NCBI GenBank assembly: GCA_963828165.1
Contig: CAWHDR010000001.1
Span: 2,144,001 to 2,208,000, forward strand
Reading direction: 5' to 3'
From: an uncultured Chloroflexia bacterium
Lineage (GTDB): Bacteria > Chloroflexota > Limnocylindria > Limnocylindrales > CSP1-4
DNA: 64,000 nt
Position numbers and translations under genes: made by a program. Shown one piece after another: positions 1-8,805 of this stretch; within the stretch, counting starts at the first letter, position 1, and the number at the start of each line of letters is the position of its first letter. The notes under the pieces are model-generated. The model saw only the letters and a list, made by a program, of their open reading frames with translations. It was not told the origin of the DNA and did no database searches.

Positions 1-99
1 CTCTGTTCCGAGGCTCCTGCGTGCCGGGCCCCGGGCCGGCGGATCGTGCCGTTTGCGGGGCGGGGTTTCGGGGTCTCGGTAGGGCGAGTGACCACAAGA

Positions 100-128
100 A
101 CGATACGCCGATGGATAGCGGTAGTCAA
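100..128 (-). promoter_or_regulatory. Sigma70-type promoter for a gene starting just left of the window
   Basis: Minus strand TTGACT (128-123), 17-nt spacer, TATCGT (105-100); AGGAG RBS-like motif on the minus strand near positions 14-18. Confidence 0.65.
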
Positions 129-136
129 GGCCAAAA

Positions 137-185
137 CCACAAGATGTAGTGGTTGTGTTGCGAACGCTACCGCTAGATGTGGTGG
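137..185. promoter_or_regulatory. Tandem NrdR boxes
   Basis: CCACAAGATGTAGTGG (137-152) and CCGCTAGATGTGGTGG (170-185) fit the NrdR consensus acaCwAtATaTwGtg and start 33 bp apart. Confidence 0.75.
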
Positions 186-202
186 TTTGCGTGTTTTCAC
201 GC

Positions 203-308
203 TCATCCACGCTCGCCGCCCGTTCGTCCACATCGGGGAGCGGCTTTTCCACGGGCTGTTGCGGGGATGTCCACGTGCGTCTGGGCGGTTCTCAACGACG
301 TATCCACG
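203..308 (+). promoter_or_regulatory. Cluster of degenerate DnaA-box-like 9-mers
   Basis: TCATCCACG 203, TCGTCCACA 224, TTTTCCACG 245, ATGTCCACG 268, GTATCCACG 300, all in the same orientation; compare TT(A/G)TCCACA. Confidence 0.45.
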
Positions 309-319
309 GATCGTACACC

Positions 320-331
320 GAACGGGTGTTC
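320..331. promoter_or_regulatory. Putative LexA (SOS) box, Gram-positive/Chloroflexota type
   Basis: GAAC-GGGT-GTTC in the context cGAACgggtGTTCt, intergenic. Confidence 0.5.
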
Positions 332-365
332 TGTTTGTGCTTGGACGGTTCTGTCCGCGGGGCTC

Positions 366-448
366 CAGCCCCGAGCCGGCTGCGGCCGCCCCAGCCCCGA
401 GCCGGCTGCGGCCGCCGCAGCCCCGAGCCGTTTGAGGCCGCCGCAGCC
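366..448. repeat. 26-bp tandem repeat, about 3.2 copies
   Basis: CAGCCCCGAGCCGGCTGCGGCCGCC(C/G) at 366, 392 and 418 (third copy degenerate) plus a partial copy at 444. Confidence 0.9.
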
Positions 449-452
449 TAAC

Positions 453-642
453 AACTCCGCCAAATGTGCTTCCACCGGAACGTAAGGCGGTCAGTTAGTG
501 GGCCGGGAGGGTTGCTCGGGGCTGCCCCGACCGGGATCTGAGCGTGACGCGACGCCCATGCAGCTGCGAATCGCGCCTTCGGCGGCCAGGCGAGGCTCAG
601 TTGCCCGCCTAACGTTCCGGTAGCGATACAAATGGCGGAGTT
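453..642. repeat. Intergenic inverted-repeat element, family 1, copy A (REP/MITE-like)
   Basis: Arm 453-490 AACTCCGCCAAATGTGCTTCCACCGGAACGTAAGGCGG; arm 605-642 reverse complement AACTCCGCCATTTGTATCGCTACCGGAACGTTAGGCGG (30/38 identical); homologous element at 11431-11630. Confidence 0.85.
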
Positions 643-717
643 TCGACGCGAGAACGGATCGGTTGCGGCCGCTCCCCCGATAAGCGGCAGTGCAGCGTTC
701 CTGGTCATGATCGGTCG

Positions 718-1443
718 ATGGAGGATCTGCGTCTCGGCTCAGTCGTCCGGACGGCGCGCCTGCGACGCGGCTGGCGCCAGCAGGACCTGGCCGCGAAGGG
801 GCGAGTCTCGCGGGTCACGATCTCGCGGGTCGAGCAAGGGCATGTCGGACCCTTGTCCCTGGACTCGATCCGTGCGATCTGCGGGGCCCTGGACATCCGC
901 CTGGAGCTCCAGCCAAGGTGGCGTGGCGGCGACCTGGATCGGATGATGAGCCGGCGGCACTCGGCCCTGCACGAGTCGGTCACGCGAACGATCGCCGCGG
1001 CATTCCCGGATTGGGAGATCTCGCCGGAGGTCTCGTTCTCCATCTACGGAGAGCGTGGCGTCATCGACCTGTTGCTATGGCATCCCGGCCGCCGAGCCCT
1101 GCTGGTCATCGAGCTCAAGACGGACATCGTCGACGTTGGCGAGATGCTCGGCACGCTCGACAAGAAGCGGCGTCTTGCCTGGGAGATCGCCAAGGAGAAG
1201 GGCTGGTCGCCGCGAACCGTGTCGGCCTGGATCGTGGTTGGCGGATCCCGAACCAACGAGCGGCGAGTCGCTCAATTCCAGGCGATGCTCCGATCGGCGT
1301 ACCCGGCCGACGGCCGCCAGGTGCGGGCGTGGCTGCGGGATCCCGTGGGGTCGATCGCCGCCCTGTCGCTGTGGTCCGCGGCCGCCAGCGGTGCTCGTGA
1401 TGTCGCGCCGCGCCGGCGGGTCCGGACGACGCGGGTCGCGTAG
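718..1443 (+). CDS. XRE-family HTH protein fused to a PD-(D/E)XK (restriction-endonuclease-like) domain
   Basis: N-terminal HTH (VRTARLRRGWRQQDLAAKGRVSRVTISRVEQG); C-terminal E...GVIDLL...LVIELKT nuclease-type motif; CATGAT -10 six nt before the ATG. Confidence 0.8.
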   Translation: MEDLRLGSVVRTARLRRGWRQQDLAAKGRVSRVTISRVEQGHVGPLSLDSIRAICGALDIRLELQPRWRGGDLDRMMSRRHSALHESVTRTIAAAFPDWEISPEVSFSIYGERGVIDLLLWHPGRRALLVIELKTDIVDVGEMLGTLDKKRRLAWEIAKEKGWSPRTVSAWIVVGGSRTNERRVAQFQAMLRSAYPADGRQVRAWLRDPVGSIAALSLWSAAASGARDVAPRRRVRTTRVA

Positions 1444-1544
1444 GACCGGCGGGCCAGCGACGCTGGTCGGCTAGCGCCGGGGGGGCCAGCGACGCGGTTG
1501 ATAGCCGGGCGCGACCTTGTGCGTCGGCCGCGGGTCCGGACAAC

Positions 1545-1979
1545 CTAGAGGGGGTCGGCTGACCCGCTGATCGCGGCCGCTGCCTCGCAGCATGGGCCGG
1601 ATTGGTCGAGGACCGGCAGGGTCCGGGCCGTGGAGGTGAGGTGTTGCTCGAGGCGCTCGAGTCGGCGCTCGGTTGCCTGGAGGCGCGCGATGCGGTCGTG
1701 GATCTCGCGGCGTTTGGCGGCCAGCAGGGATGGCAGGTCGTTGGTGGTCTCTGCGCAGTGGCCGGCCTGGCACCAGCTCGCCATCCGGGCGGCGTCCGCC
1801 AGGGGGAGGTCAAGGCCGCGCAGGTCGATCAGCAGTCGCAGCCTCGCGACATCACTGACCGCGTACTCGCGGTAGCCGTTGTCGCGGCGTGACGCTGCGG
1901 GCAGCAGGCCCTCGCGTTCGTAGAAGCGGATGGTGTCGGCGGACACCCCGACCTCGCGCGCGAACTCGCCGATCCTCAT
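1545..1979 (-). CDS. MerR-family transcriptional regulator, probably metal-responsive
   Basis: MRIGEFAREVGVSADTIRFYEREGLL...NGYREY HTH; Cys residues WCQAGHC and C-terminal GPCC. Confidence 0.92.
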   Translation of the reverse strand: MRIGEFAREVGVSADTIRFYEREGLLPAASRRDNGYREYAVSDVARLRLLIDLRGLDLPLADAARMASWCQAGHCAETTNDLPSLLAAKRREIHDRIARLQATERRLERLEQHLTSTARTLPVLDQSGPCCEAAAAISGSADPL

Positions 1980-2006
1980 CCCGGGCCTCCGCCATAGTGC
2001 GCCTGA

Positions 2007-3152
2007 CTAGCTGCGTGATCCAGTCGGGGGCACCGGGACTGCGCGGGCTATAGGCAGGCATTGGAGTGCACGCCGAATGGGTGGGCATGGCGGGGCGGGC
2101 CCGGCCCCGACGAGTCTCGCGAGGCGCTCGAAGGCGGCAACTTTGTCGACGCGCATCCGCTCGATCACGGTTCCCACTGCCGGCGAGTCCCCGTGACGCG
2201 CCCATCGGAGCCGGAGCCGGGTCCCGCCCTCGACCGGGTCGAGGTCCGTGACCGCCTCGATCGGACCGACGTCCGGCACGGCAAGTCGCCACGCGACGCG
2301 TTCATACGGCTGCCAATCGACGATCTCCTCGAGCGTCGCCAGCCGGCCCGTCACGCACTGCGATGTCGTGCCCACGCCACGCCGGCCGCCGACCGCCACG
2401 TCCTCCATCACCAGCGGGCCTTCCCACAACGTCCGCAGCGCCGGGGCCGTGAGATGGGCCCATACGACCGCGGGGTCCGCCGCGATGGTCGCCGCGACAT
2501 CAAGAATGACGTCGGCTGCGATGGGATCGATGCGGCGGACGCCGGTCTCGGCCTGCCAACGAGCCTCCAGGTCGAGCGTGAAGGTCGCGATCCGGCCCAG
2601 ATGCTCGATCGAGAGCTCACCCGCCCGCAAGCCAAGAGCGCCGGGCTCGAGATCAAGGGCCCGGACCGCGTCGTCTGTGAACAGCGCGAAGCCATCGCTC
2701 ACCGTCCCGGCAGTCGTCGCCCCCTTCAACAGACGGTGCACGAGGATGACGTCCGACCCAGCCAGCTCGTCCCGACCGGCGATGCGTCCACGAACGAACG
2801 CGCCGTGGTGCACGAAGAGTTTGAGGTCGAGCCGGGGCGCCAGCCGGCACGAGTTGCAGTCGCAGCTCGTGGCCCCGTCGATGCTCCGCAGCCGACGCCG
2901 GAATGCGACGTAGGCCGCCTCGATCGCGTCGAGGAGCAGCGAGCCGTCGGACCGCCCGTCCTCGACGAAGAGGAATGCCGCATCGCCCTCGAACTTGGCC
3001 AGCCGGAACGGTGGTTCCAGGCGGCCGACGATCGTCTCGAGGAGGTCGCCCGCGATCGCCGGCGCATGCTCGATCTCACTGCCGGTCAGGTACGCCGTGT
3101 ACCCGGTGAGGTCCGCGATGACCAGGAACCCAGACTCGGGTGTCGCTGCCAT
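2007..3152 (-). CDS. DUF2652 (nucleotide-cyclase-like fold) domain fused to an SRPBCC/START domain
   Basis: FLVIADLTGYT, KFEGDAAF, CDCNSC, LKLFVHHG, GSDVILVHRLLK; C-terminal IAADPAVVWAHLT...EEIVDWQP; start placed at the ATG at 3152 just downstream of a MerR-type promoter. Confidence 0.8.
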   Translation of the reverse strand: MAATPESGFLVIADLTGYTAYLTGSEIEHAPAIAGDLLETIVGRLEPPFRLAKFEGDAAFLFVEDGRSDGSLLLDAIEAAYVAFRRRLRSIDGATSCDCNSCRLAPRLDLKLFVHHGAFVRGRIAGRDELAGSDVILVHRLLKGATTAGTVSDGFALFTDDAVRALDLEPGALGLRAGELSIEHLGRIATFTLDLEARWQAETGVRRIDPIAADVILDVAATIAADPAVVWAHLTAPALRTLWEGPLVMEDVAVGGRRGVGTTSQCVTGRLATLEEIVDWQPYERVAWRLAVPDVGPIEAVTDLDPVEGGTRLRLRWARHGDSPAVGTVIERMRVDKVAAFERLARLVGAGPAPPCPPIRRALQCLPIARAVPVPPTGSRS

Positions 3153-3159
3153 GGCGGCA

Positions 3160-3190
3160 ACGCTAGACCCTGGAGCCGCTCCAATGTCAA
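3160..3190 (-). promoter_or_regulatory. MerR-type promoter with 19-bp spacer and dyad operator
   Basis: Minus strand TTGACA-ttggagcggctccagggtc(19 nt)-TAGCGT, 7 nt, ATG; dyad TGGAGC-n-GCTCCA at 3171-3183. Confidence 0.85.
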
Positions 3191-3378
3191 CAGCGAACTG
3201 GCCTGACCCTGTCACACGATGCTTCGAAATCGACGTTTCCCGGTCTGCCGGCAGGCGCCCGAGTGCTCGGTGCTGCGATGACGCCCCGAGTCGCGGCTGT
3301 GTCGTTCGTGGCTGGAACGCAACGACCCGATCGCCTTCGCGAGCGCCGCTGTACGGCCCGGGGACGCAGGCTCCGGTG

Positions 3379-4101
3379 GTGGCGCTGCACGTGGGCACAT
3401 CGGGGTTCGACTACAAGGATTGGCGTGGGTCGTTCTACCCGCGGTTCCTGAAGTCGGGCGACCGATTGGCGTTCTATGCCGAACATTTCGACACCGTCGA
3501 GCTCAACGTCACGTTCTATCGGATGCCGAAGGCGGAGGCGTTCCGGGGCTGGCGGGATGCCGTTCCGGACGACTTCCGATTCGCGGTCAAGGCCAGCCGG
3601 TACCTGACGCACATCAAGCGGCTCGAGGACCCGCAGGGTCCGGTCGAGTTCCTGATGGAGCGTGCCGGCGAGCTCGGCGACAAGCTCGGGGTGGTGCTCC
3701 TGCAGCTGCCGCCCACCCTCGAGATCGACCTGGACCGATTGGACGACACGCTGCGGGCGTTTCGGCGGGCGGTGCCCATCGCGGTCGAGCCGCGCCACCA
3801 GAGCTGGTTCGTGCCGGAGCTGTGCGAGCTGCTCCGCGAGCACGGGGCGGCGTTCGTCCTCGCGGATCGGCGCGGGCCGATCACGCCACTCTGGAGCACG
3901 ACCGACTGGACGTACCTGCGGCTCCACCAGGGGAGAGCCACCCCACGGCCGTGCTACGGGCGGCACGCCCTCGCGAGCTGGGTCGACCGGCTGGCCGCGC
4001 TACCCGGCGGCGACCGCGGGTTCGTCTACTTCAACAACGACCACCGAGCGTGCGCCGTCTACAACGCCCGGACGTTCGAGCGGATCGTCGCCCGGCGCTG
4101 A
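3379..4101 (+). CDS. DUF72 (YecE/UPF0759) family protein
   Basis: HVGTSGFDYKDWRGSFYP, FDTVELNVTFYRMP, FAVKASRYLTH, LLQLPP, YLRLH, VYFNND; GTG start estimated. Confidence 0.92.
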   Translation: MALHVGTSGFDYKDWRGSFYPRFLKSGDRLAFYAEHFDTVELNVTFYRMPKAEAFRGWRDAVPDDFRFAVKASRYLTHIKRLEDPQGPVEFLMERAGELGDKLGVVLLQLPPTLEIDLDRLDDTLRAFRRAVPIAVEPRHQSWFVPELCELLREHGAAFVLADRRGPITPLWSTTDWTYLRLHQGRATPRPCYGRHALASWVDRLAALPGGDRGFVYFNNDHRACAVYNARTFERIVARR

Positions 4102-4141
4102 GGGCTCGCGCGTTCGAACCCCCAAATCGAGACGGCAAAGG

Positions 4142-4210
4142 CTTTGTCCTAGGTATTGACAAAGTCGTCGCCTCCCGCCACCATCCGCTTCGTCAACTCT
4201 CTGGACGAAG
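4142..4210 (+). promoter_or_regulatory. Operon promoter with two ROK-type palindromic operators
   Basis: TTGACA 4156-4161, 17 nt, CACCAT 4179-4184; palindromes CTTTGTC-N9-GACAAAG (4142-4164) and CTTCGTC-N9-GACGAAG (4188-4210). Confidence 0.8.
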
Positions 4211-4234
4211 TGGCGAGGGGCCCGTATCCCACCC

Positions 4235-5389
4235 GTGGCGCGCACCGAATTCCCGTCCAAGGCGACCCACGCCCAGACCCGCGCCCACAACGCGGCCCTG
4301 GTCCTGCGCGCGCTCTACGACCTGGGTCCGATCAGCCGCGCCGACATCGCCCGGCTGACGGGCCTGACGCGAACCAGCGTCGGCGAGCTGGTCGCGGACC
4401 TGGAGCGGGACGGCCTGGCCCAGGACGTCGGCCGCGGCCCGAGCACCGGCGGCAAGCAGCCGACCCTCGTCGCCCTCAAGGACGACGCTCGAAGTGTCGT
4501 CACGCTCGACCTCGGCGAGCGCACCTTCACCGCCGCCCTCGCGAACCTGCGCGGGGAGCTCACCACGAAACGCACCCGCGAGCTCGAGGGCCGTGATGGC
4601 CAGCAGGCCGTCCAGCTCGTCCACGAGCTCATCGACGACGTCCGGCGTGAGGCCACGAGCCCCCTCCTCGGCATCGGGGTCGGCACGCCGGGCGTGGTCG
4701 ACGCGGACGGCACGATCCGCTGGGCGGTCAACCTCGACTGGCAGGACCTGCCGCTCGCGCGCATCCTCGAGGAGCGCCACGGCCTACCGGCGGTCGTCGC
4801 CAACGACTCGCGCGCCGCCGCCCTCGCGACGTACCTCTTCGGTGGCGACGAGCGGCCGCAGAACCTCGTCGTCATCAAGGTCGGTCGCGGCGTCGGTGCC
4901 GGCATCATCCTGCGCGACCAGCTGTTCGGTGGCGACGGTGATGGCGCGGGCGAGATCGGGCATGTCGTCGTCGACCCGGACGGCATCGAATGCCATTGCG
5001 GGCGCTTCGGCTGCCTCGAGACCGTGGCCAGCGTGCCGGCCGTCGTCCGCGCCGCCGGAACGGCCTCGTTCGGGGAACTCGTCGATCGCACCACCGCCGG
5101 CGACGACCGCGTCCTCCCCGTGGTCCTCGCCGCCGGCCGAGCGATCGGTGCAGCCATCGCCGGGCTGAGCGGTGCCCTCGATGTCCGCAACATCACGATC
5201 GTCGGCAGCGCGACCGCGCTTGGTGATCGGTGGTTCGCGGCGATCCGGGATGAGGCCGGCCGCCGCAGCCTGGGCACGCTGGCGCGCGACACTCGGATCA
5301 TCGACGGCGGCACCGGCGAGGACGTGACGCTGCTCGGCGCGTGTGCGCTGCTGCTCACCCGCGAGCTCGGCCTGACGGTGCATCGATGA
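4235..5389 (+). CDS. ROK-family transcriptional repressor (NagC/XylR-like)
   Basis: HTH ISRADIARLTGLTRTSV, STGGKQP, GIGVGTPG, ANDSRAAA, AGEIGH...CHCGRFGCLE. Confidence 0.93.
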   Translation: MARTEFPSKATHAQTRAHNAALVLRALYDLGPISRADIARLTGLTRTSVGELVADLERDGLAQDVGRGPSTGGKQPTLVALKDDARSVVTLDLGERTFTAALANLRGELTTKRTRELEGRDGQQAVQLVHELIDDVRREATSPLLGIGVGTPGVVDADGTIRWAVNLDWQDLPLARILEERHGLPAVVANDSRAAALATYLFGGDERPQNLVVIKVGRGVGAGIILRDQLFGGDGDGAGEIGHVVVDPDGIECHCGRFGCLETVASVPAVVRAAGTASFGELVDRTTAGDDRVLPVVLAAGRAIGAAIAGLSGALDVRNITIVGSATALGDRWFAAIRDEAGRRSLGTLARDTRIIDGGTGEDVTLLGACALLLTRELGLTVHR

Positions 5390-6369
5390 CGGGCATCGTC
5401 GCCGGCATCGACATCGGCGGCACGAAGATCGCGGTCCTCATCGTCGACGCCGAGGGCGAGGTCCGGGGTCGGGCCACCCACGCCGCATCCGTCGGCGACC
5501 AGGCCGGTGCCGCCTCCGCCATCGCCGCCGCACTCGACGAGGCCCTCGCGGCCGCCGGCCTGCAGCGCCACGACCTCGACGCGATCGGTGTCGGCGTCCC
5601 AGGTCGGGTGGATCCCGTGGCCGGCCACGTGACGCTCGCCGTCAACCTGGGCTGGACCGACTTCGACCTCCGCGGCGCACTGGAAGCGGAGTTGGGACGA
5701 CCGGTCGTGATCGAGAACGACGCGCGAGCCGCCGCGCTCGGCCTGCACCGGCGTCGCGTCGCCGATGGGCCCGACCGCCTCAACGGCAGCGATCTCGCCT
5801 ACCTCGCCGTCGGCACCGGGATCGCGGCCGGCGTCGTGCTCGATGGCCGGCTCCACCGTGGCACTCGCGGCCTCGCCGGCGAGATCGGGCACGCCATCGT
5901 CGACCCGCTCGGTCCAACCTGCGCCTGCGGCCAGTCGGGCTGCCTCGAGGCCTTCGCCTCTGGCCCATCCATCGCCCGGCGAGCCACCGCGGCCGGCATG
6001 GGGGCCGGGACCGCGAAGGACGTCTACGCCGCCGCGGGCGGCGGCGATCCCACCGCTCGCGAGCTCGTCGACGACGTCGGTCGCCGGCTGGCCTGGGCGG
6101 TCCACCTCCTGGTCATGACCTACGACGTCGATCACGTCGTCGTCGGTGGTGGCGTGTCGCACGCGGGCTCCGCATTCTCGGAGCCCATCCATCGAGAGCT
6201 CGAGCGCCTGCGTGCCGTCTCGAGCCAGGCCGGCGAGCTGCTGCCGGCCCACATCGTCGCGGTCCTGCCACCCGAGGCCGAGCCCGGGGCGTGGGGAGCC
6301 GTCGCCGTGGCCAGTGCCGTCCGGGATCCGGATCGGCTGAGGGGAACGGAGGTGGTCCGTCACGCCTGA
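5386..6369 (+). CDS. ROK-family sugar kinase (glucokinase/GlcNAc kinase-like)
   Basis: GIDIGGTK ATP motif, ENDARAAA, GTGIAAG, AGEIGH...CACGQSGCLE; ATGA overlap with the upstream gene. Confidence 0.92.
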   Translation: MTGIVAGIDIGGTKIAVLIVDAEGEVRGRATHAASVGDQAGAASAIAAALDEALAAAGLQRHDLDAIGVGVPGRVDPVAGHVTLAVNLGWTDFDLRGALEAELGRPVVIENDARAAALGLHRRRVADGPDRLNGSDLAYLAVGTGIAAGVVLDGRLHRGTRGLAGEIGHAIVDPLGPTCACGQSGCLEAFASGPSIARRATAAGMGAGTAKDVYAAAGGGDPTARELVDDVGRRLAWAVHLLVMTYDVDHVVVGGGVSHAGSAFSEPIHRELERLRAVSSQAGELLPAHIVAVLPPEAEPGAWGAVAVASAVRDPDRLRGTEVVRHA

Positions 6370-6430
6370 CCCCGCCGCGCACCGTCGGAACGAACGACCC
6401 CACGTGAAAGAAGGAGTTCAAGGAGGAGTG

Positions 6431-7832
6431 ATGCACACCAAGCGAACCATGGCACTGGCCCTGGCGGCGATCCTCGCCGTCATGGCCTGCACCCCCGCAG
6501 TCGCCCCGTCGGCGAGCGCGCCGGCCTCGCAGCCGCCCGCGTCCCAGCCGCCGGCCAGCACGGAACCCTCGGCACCCGCCGCGTCTCCGTCGGAGGCGGC
6601 ACTCGCCGTTGATCCGGCCGAAGCCGTCATCCCGAACGTCGAGCCCAACGCGGAGATCGGCTTCTGGACGTTCTTCCTGTCGCCGACCTTCGACGGGTAC
6701 ATCGCCGAGACGATCGCCCGCTTCGAGGCCACGTACCCCGGCGTCAAGGTCAACTGGGAAGACCATCAAGGCACCTTCCAGGAGGACCTCAACAACGCGT
6801 TCTCCGCGGGCAACGCACCCGACGTCATCAACCTGTCGGTCGGTGAGGGCTGGGTCGCGGACTACGCCAGCCGAGGCGTCCTTCTGGACCTCGATGCGAG
6901 CGTGCCCCAGGAAGTCAAGGACATCTACTTCGAGGGTCTCTGGAAGTCGCAGCTGGTGGACGGCAAGAACTTCCAGTTCCCGTGGTACCAGGGCATCGCG
7001 GTCGAGCTCATCAACAAGCGCATCTACGAAGAGGGCGCCGGGCTGGCCGTCGCCGATTTCCCGAAGACGACGGATGGCCTGCCGGCCGTCTGCAAGACCA
7101 TCAAGGACAAGACCGGGGCGCTGTGCGACGTCCGCCTCACGGTCAACGACCTGCTCGCGCAGATGACCTACGAGGGCGACGTCGACGTCCTTGCCGCCGA
7201 CGGCAAGAGCTTCACCTTCGACTCCGCCGCTGGCGTCGAGTGGCTGCAGATGTACGTGGACATGGTCAAGGAAGGCAGCGTCGACACCGCCGCGCTGACC
7301 ACGGCGGAAGACCGCGTCGGCCTGCTGATCTTCTCGGCCGGGCAGGCGCCGTTCTACCAGACCGGCCCGAACCTCATCCGCGAGGTCAAGTCGAACAACG
7401 CCGTCGCTCTACGAGGATCTGGCCGTCGTGCCCGCGCCCGTCGGCAAGTCCGGCGTCGTCGGCAAGGGCTCGATGGGCATCTCGGTCAAGGGAGACACCA
7501 AGTTCCCGAACGCGTCCATCGCGCTCGCGCAGTTCTTCACGAACCCGCGGAGCATGGTCGATTTCGCCAAGCAGGTGGCCGTCTACCCGTCGTCCGCGGC
7601 GGCCTATGACGACCCGTTCTTCAGCTCGCAGCCCGAGCTGATCGAGGACAGCGCGCGCCCGATCGCCAGGGACATCGTGTCCAAGTACGCCGACATCGTC
7701 CCGACGGTGCCCAAGAAGGCGGACGTCAACGCGATCGTGCTCGACGCCATCGAGTCCGCGCTCTTCAACGACGTGCCGGCTCAGCAGGCGCTGACCGACG
7801 CCGTCGCGGAGGCGAACAAGCTGATCGAATAG
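6431..7832 (+). CDS. Carbohydrate ABC transporter substrate-binding lipoprotein (one frameshift near 7405)
   Basis: Strong RBS, lipobox VMAC, Pro/Ala/Ser linker, FEATYPGVKVNW, AGNAPDV; continues in another frame (ORF 7428-7832). Confidence 0.88.
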
Positions 7833-7852
7833 CGACTGGCTCCGCCCGTCAC

Positions 7853-7889
7853 CCTGGCCCGCCTCCCGTCCCCCGGGGGCGGGCCAGTC
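7853..7889 (+). terminator. GC-rich stem-loop after the binding-protein gene (attenuator or mRNA stabiliser)
   Basis: CTGGCCCGCC...GGCGGGCCAG inverted repeat; no U-tract. Confidence 0.5.
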
Positions 7890-7924
7890 CACCGTCACAA
7901 GGCTCGTACCATCAGGACCGACCG

Positions 7925-8805
7925 ATGACCCGGAAGCGCTCGATCACGCCGTACCTGTTCCTGTTGCCCGCGCTGGCCCTGCTGGGCGTGTTCGTCGTGT
8001 ACCCGATCATCGCGGTCGTCTACTACAGCTTCACCGACTACGACATCATCCGGCCGCCGGTCTTCGCCGGCCTCGACAACTACCAGCGCCTGATCGAGGA
8101 CGAGACGTTCTGGCTGGCGCTGACGCACTCGTTCGTCTACCTGCTGGTCACCCCGATCCTCATCGTGCTGTCGATCGCGCTCGCCATCGTCGTCAACCGC
8201 AAGCTGCGCGGGATCCACCTCTACCGGGCGCTGTACTTCGTGCCCGCGGTCAGCGGCAGCATCGCCATCGGGCTGTCGTGGCGCTGGCTGTTCGACCGGA
8301 CCGGGTTCATCAACGGCGTGCTCCAGTCATGGGGCGTCATCGACCAGCCGGTCCAGTGGCTCACGACGCCGTCGCTCGTGCTGCCGATCGCGATGATGCT
8401 CACGATCTGGGCGGGCATCGGCTACTACGCGGTCATCTTCCTGGCCGGGCTCCAGAACGTGAACGAGGAGCTGTACGACGCGGCCCGCATCGACGGCTGC
8501 ACCGACCTCCAGAAGCACCGCTACGTCAGCGTCGCCGGCGCTCCGCCCGCAGATCGTGTTCGTGGCGGTCATCTCGAGCCTCGCCGCGCTCAAGGTCTTC
8601 GACGAGATCTACGTCCTCACGAACCGGACCGGCGGCATCCTCGATAGCGGGCGTGACGATGGTCTTCTACCTGTGGCAGCAGGCCTTCCAGCGCAGCAAC
8701 GCGGGCTACGCATCGGCGATCGCGATCGCGCTGCTGGTCGTGACCTTGGCGTTCTCGATCGTCAACGTCCGGCTGCTCGAGCGCGGGGGCCAGGGCGAGG
8801 GATGA
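7925..8805 (+). CDS. Carbohydrate ABC transporter permease 1 (frameshifts near 8535 and 8650)
   Basis: YLFLLPALALL, GLDNYQRL, EAA loop ELYDAARIDG, LKVFDEIY and GYASAIA across three frames. Confidence 0.88.

Noticed and set aside
203-308. DnaA-box cluster as oriC
   Set aside because: The boxes are degenerate, there is no AT-rich unwinding element, and no dnaA/dnaN context is visible. A regulatory role is more likely.
366-448. 26-bp array as CRISPR or iterons
   Set aside because: The units are contiguous with no unique spacers, and there is no cas or rep gene.
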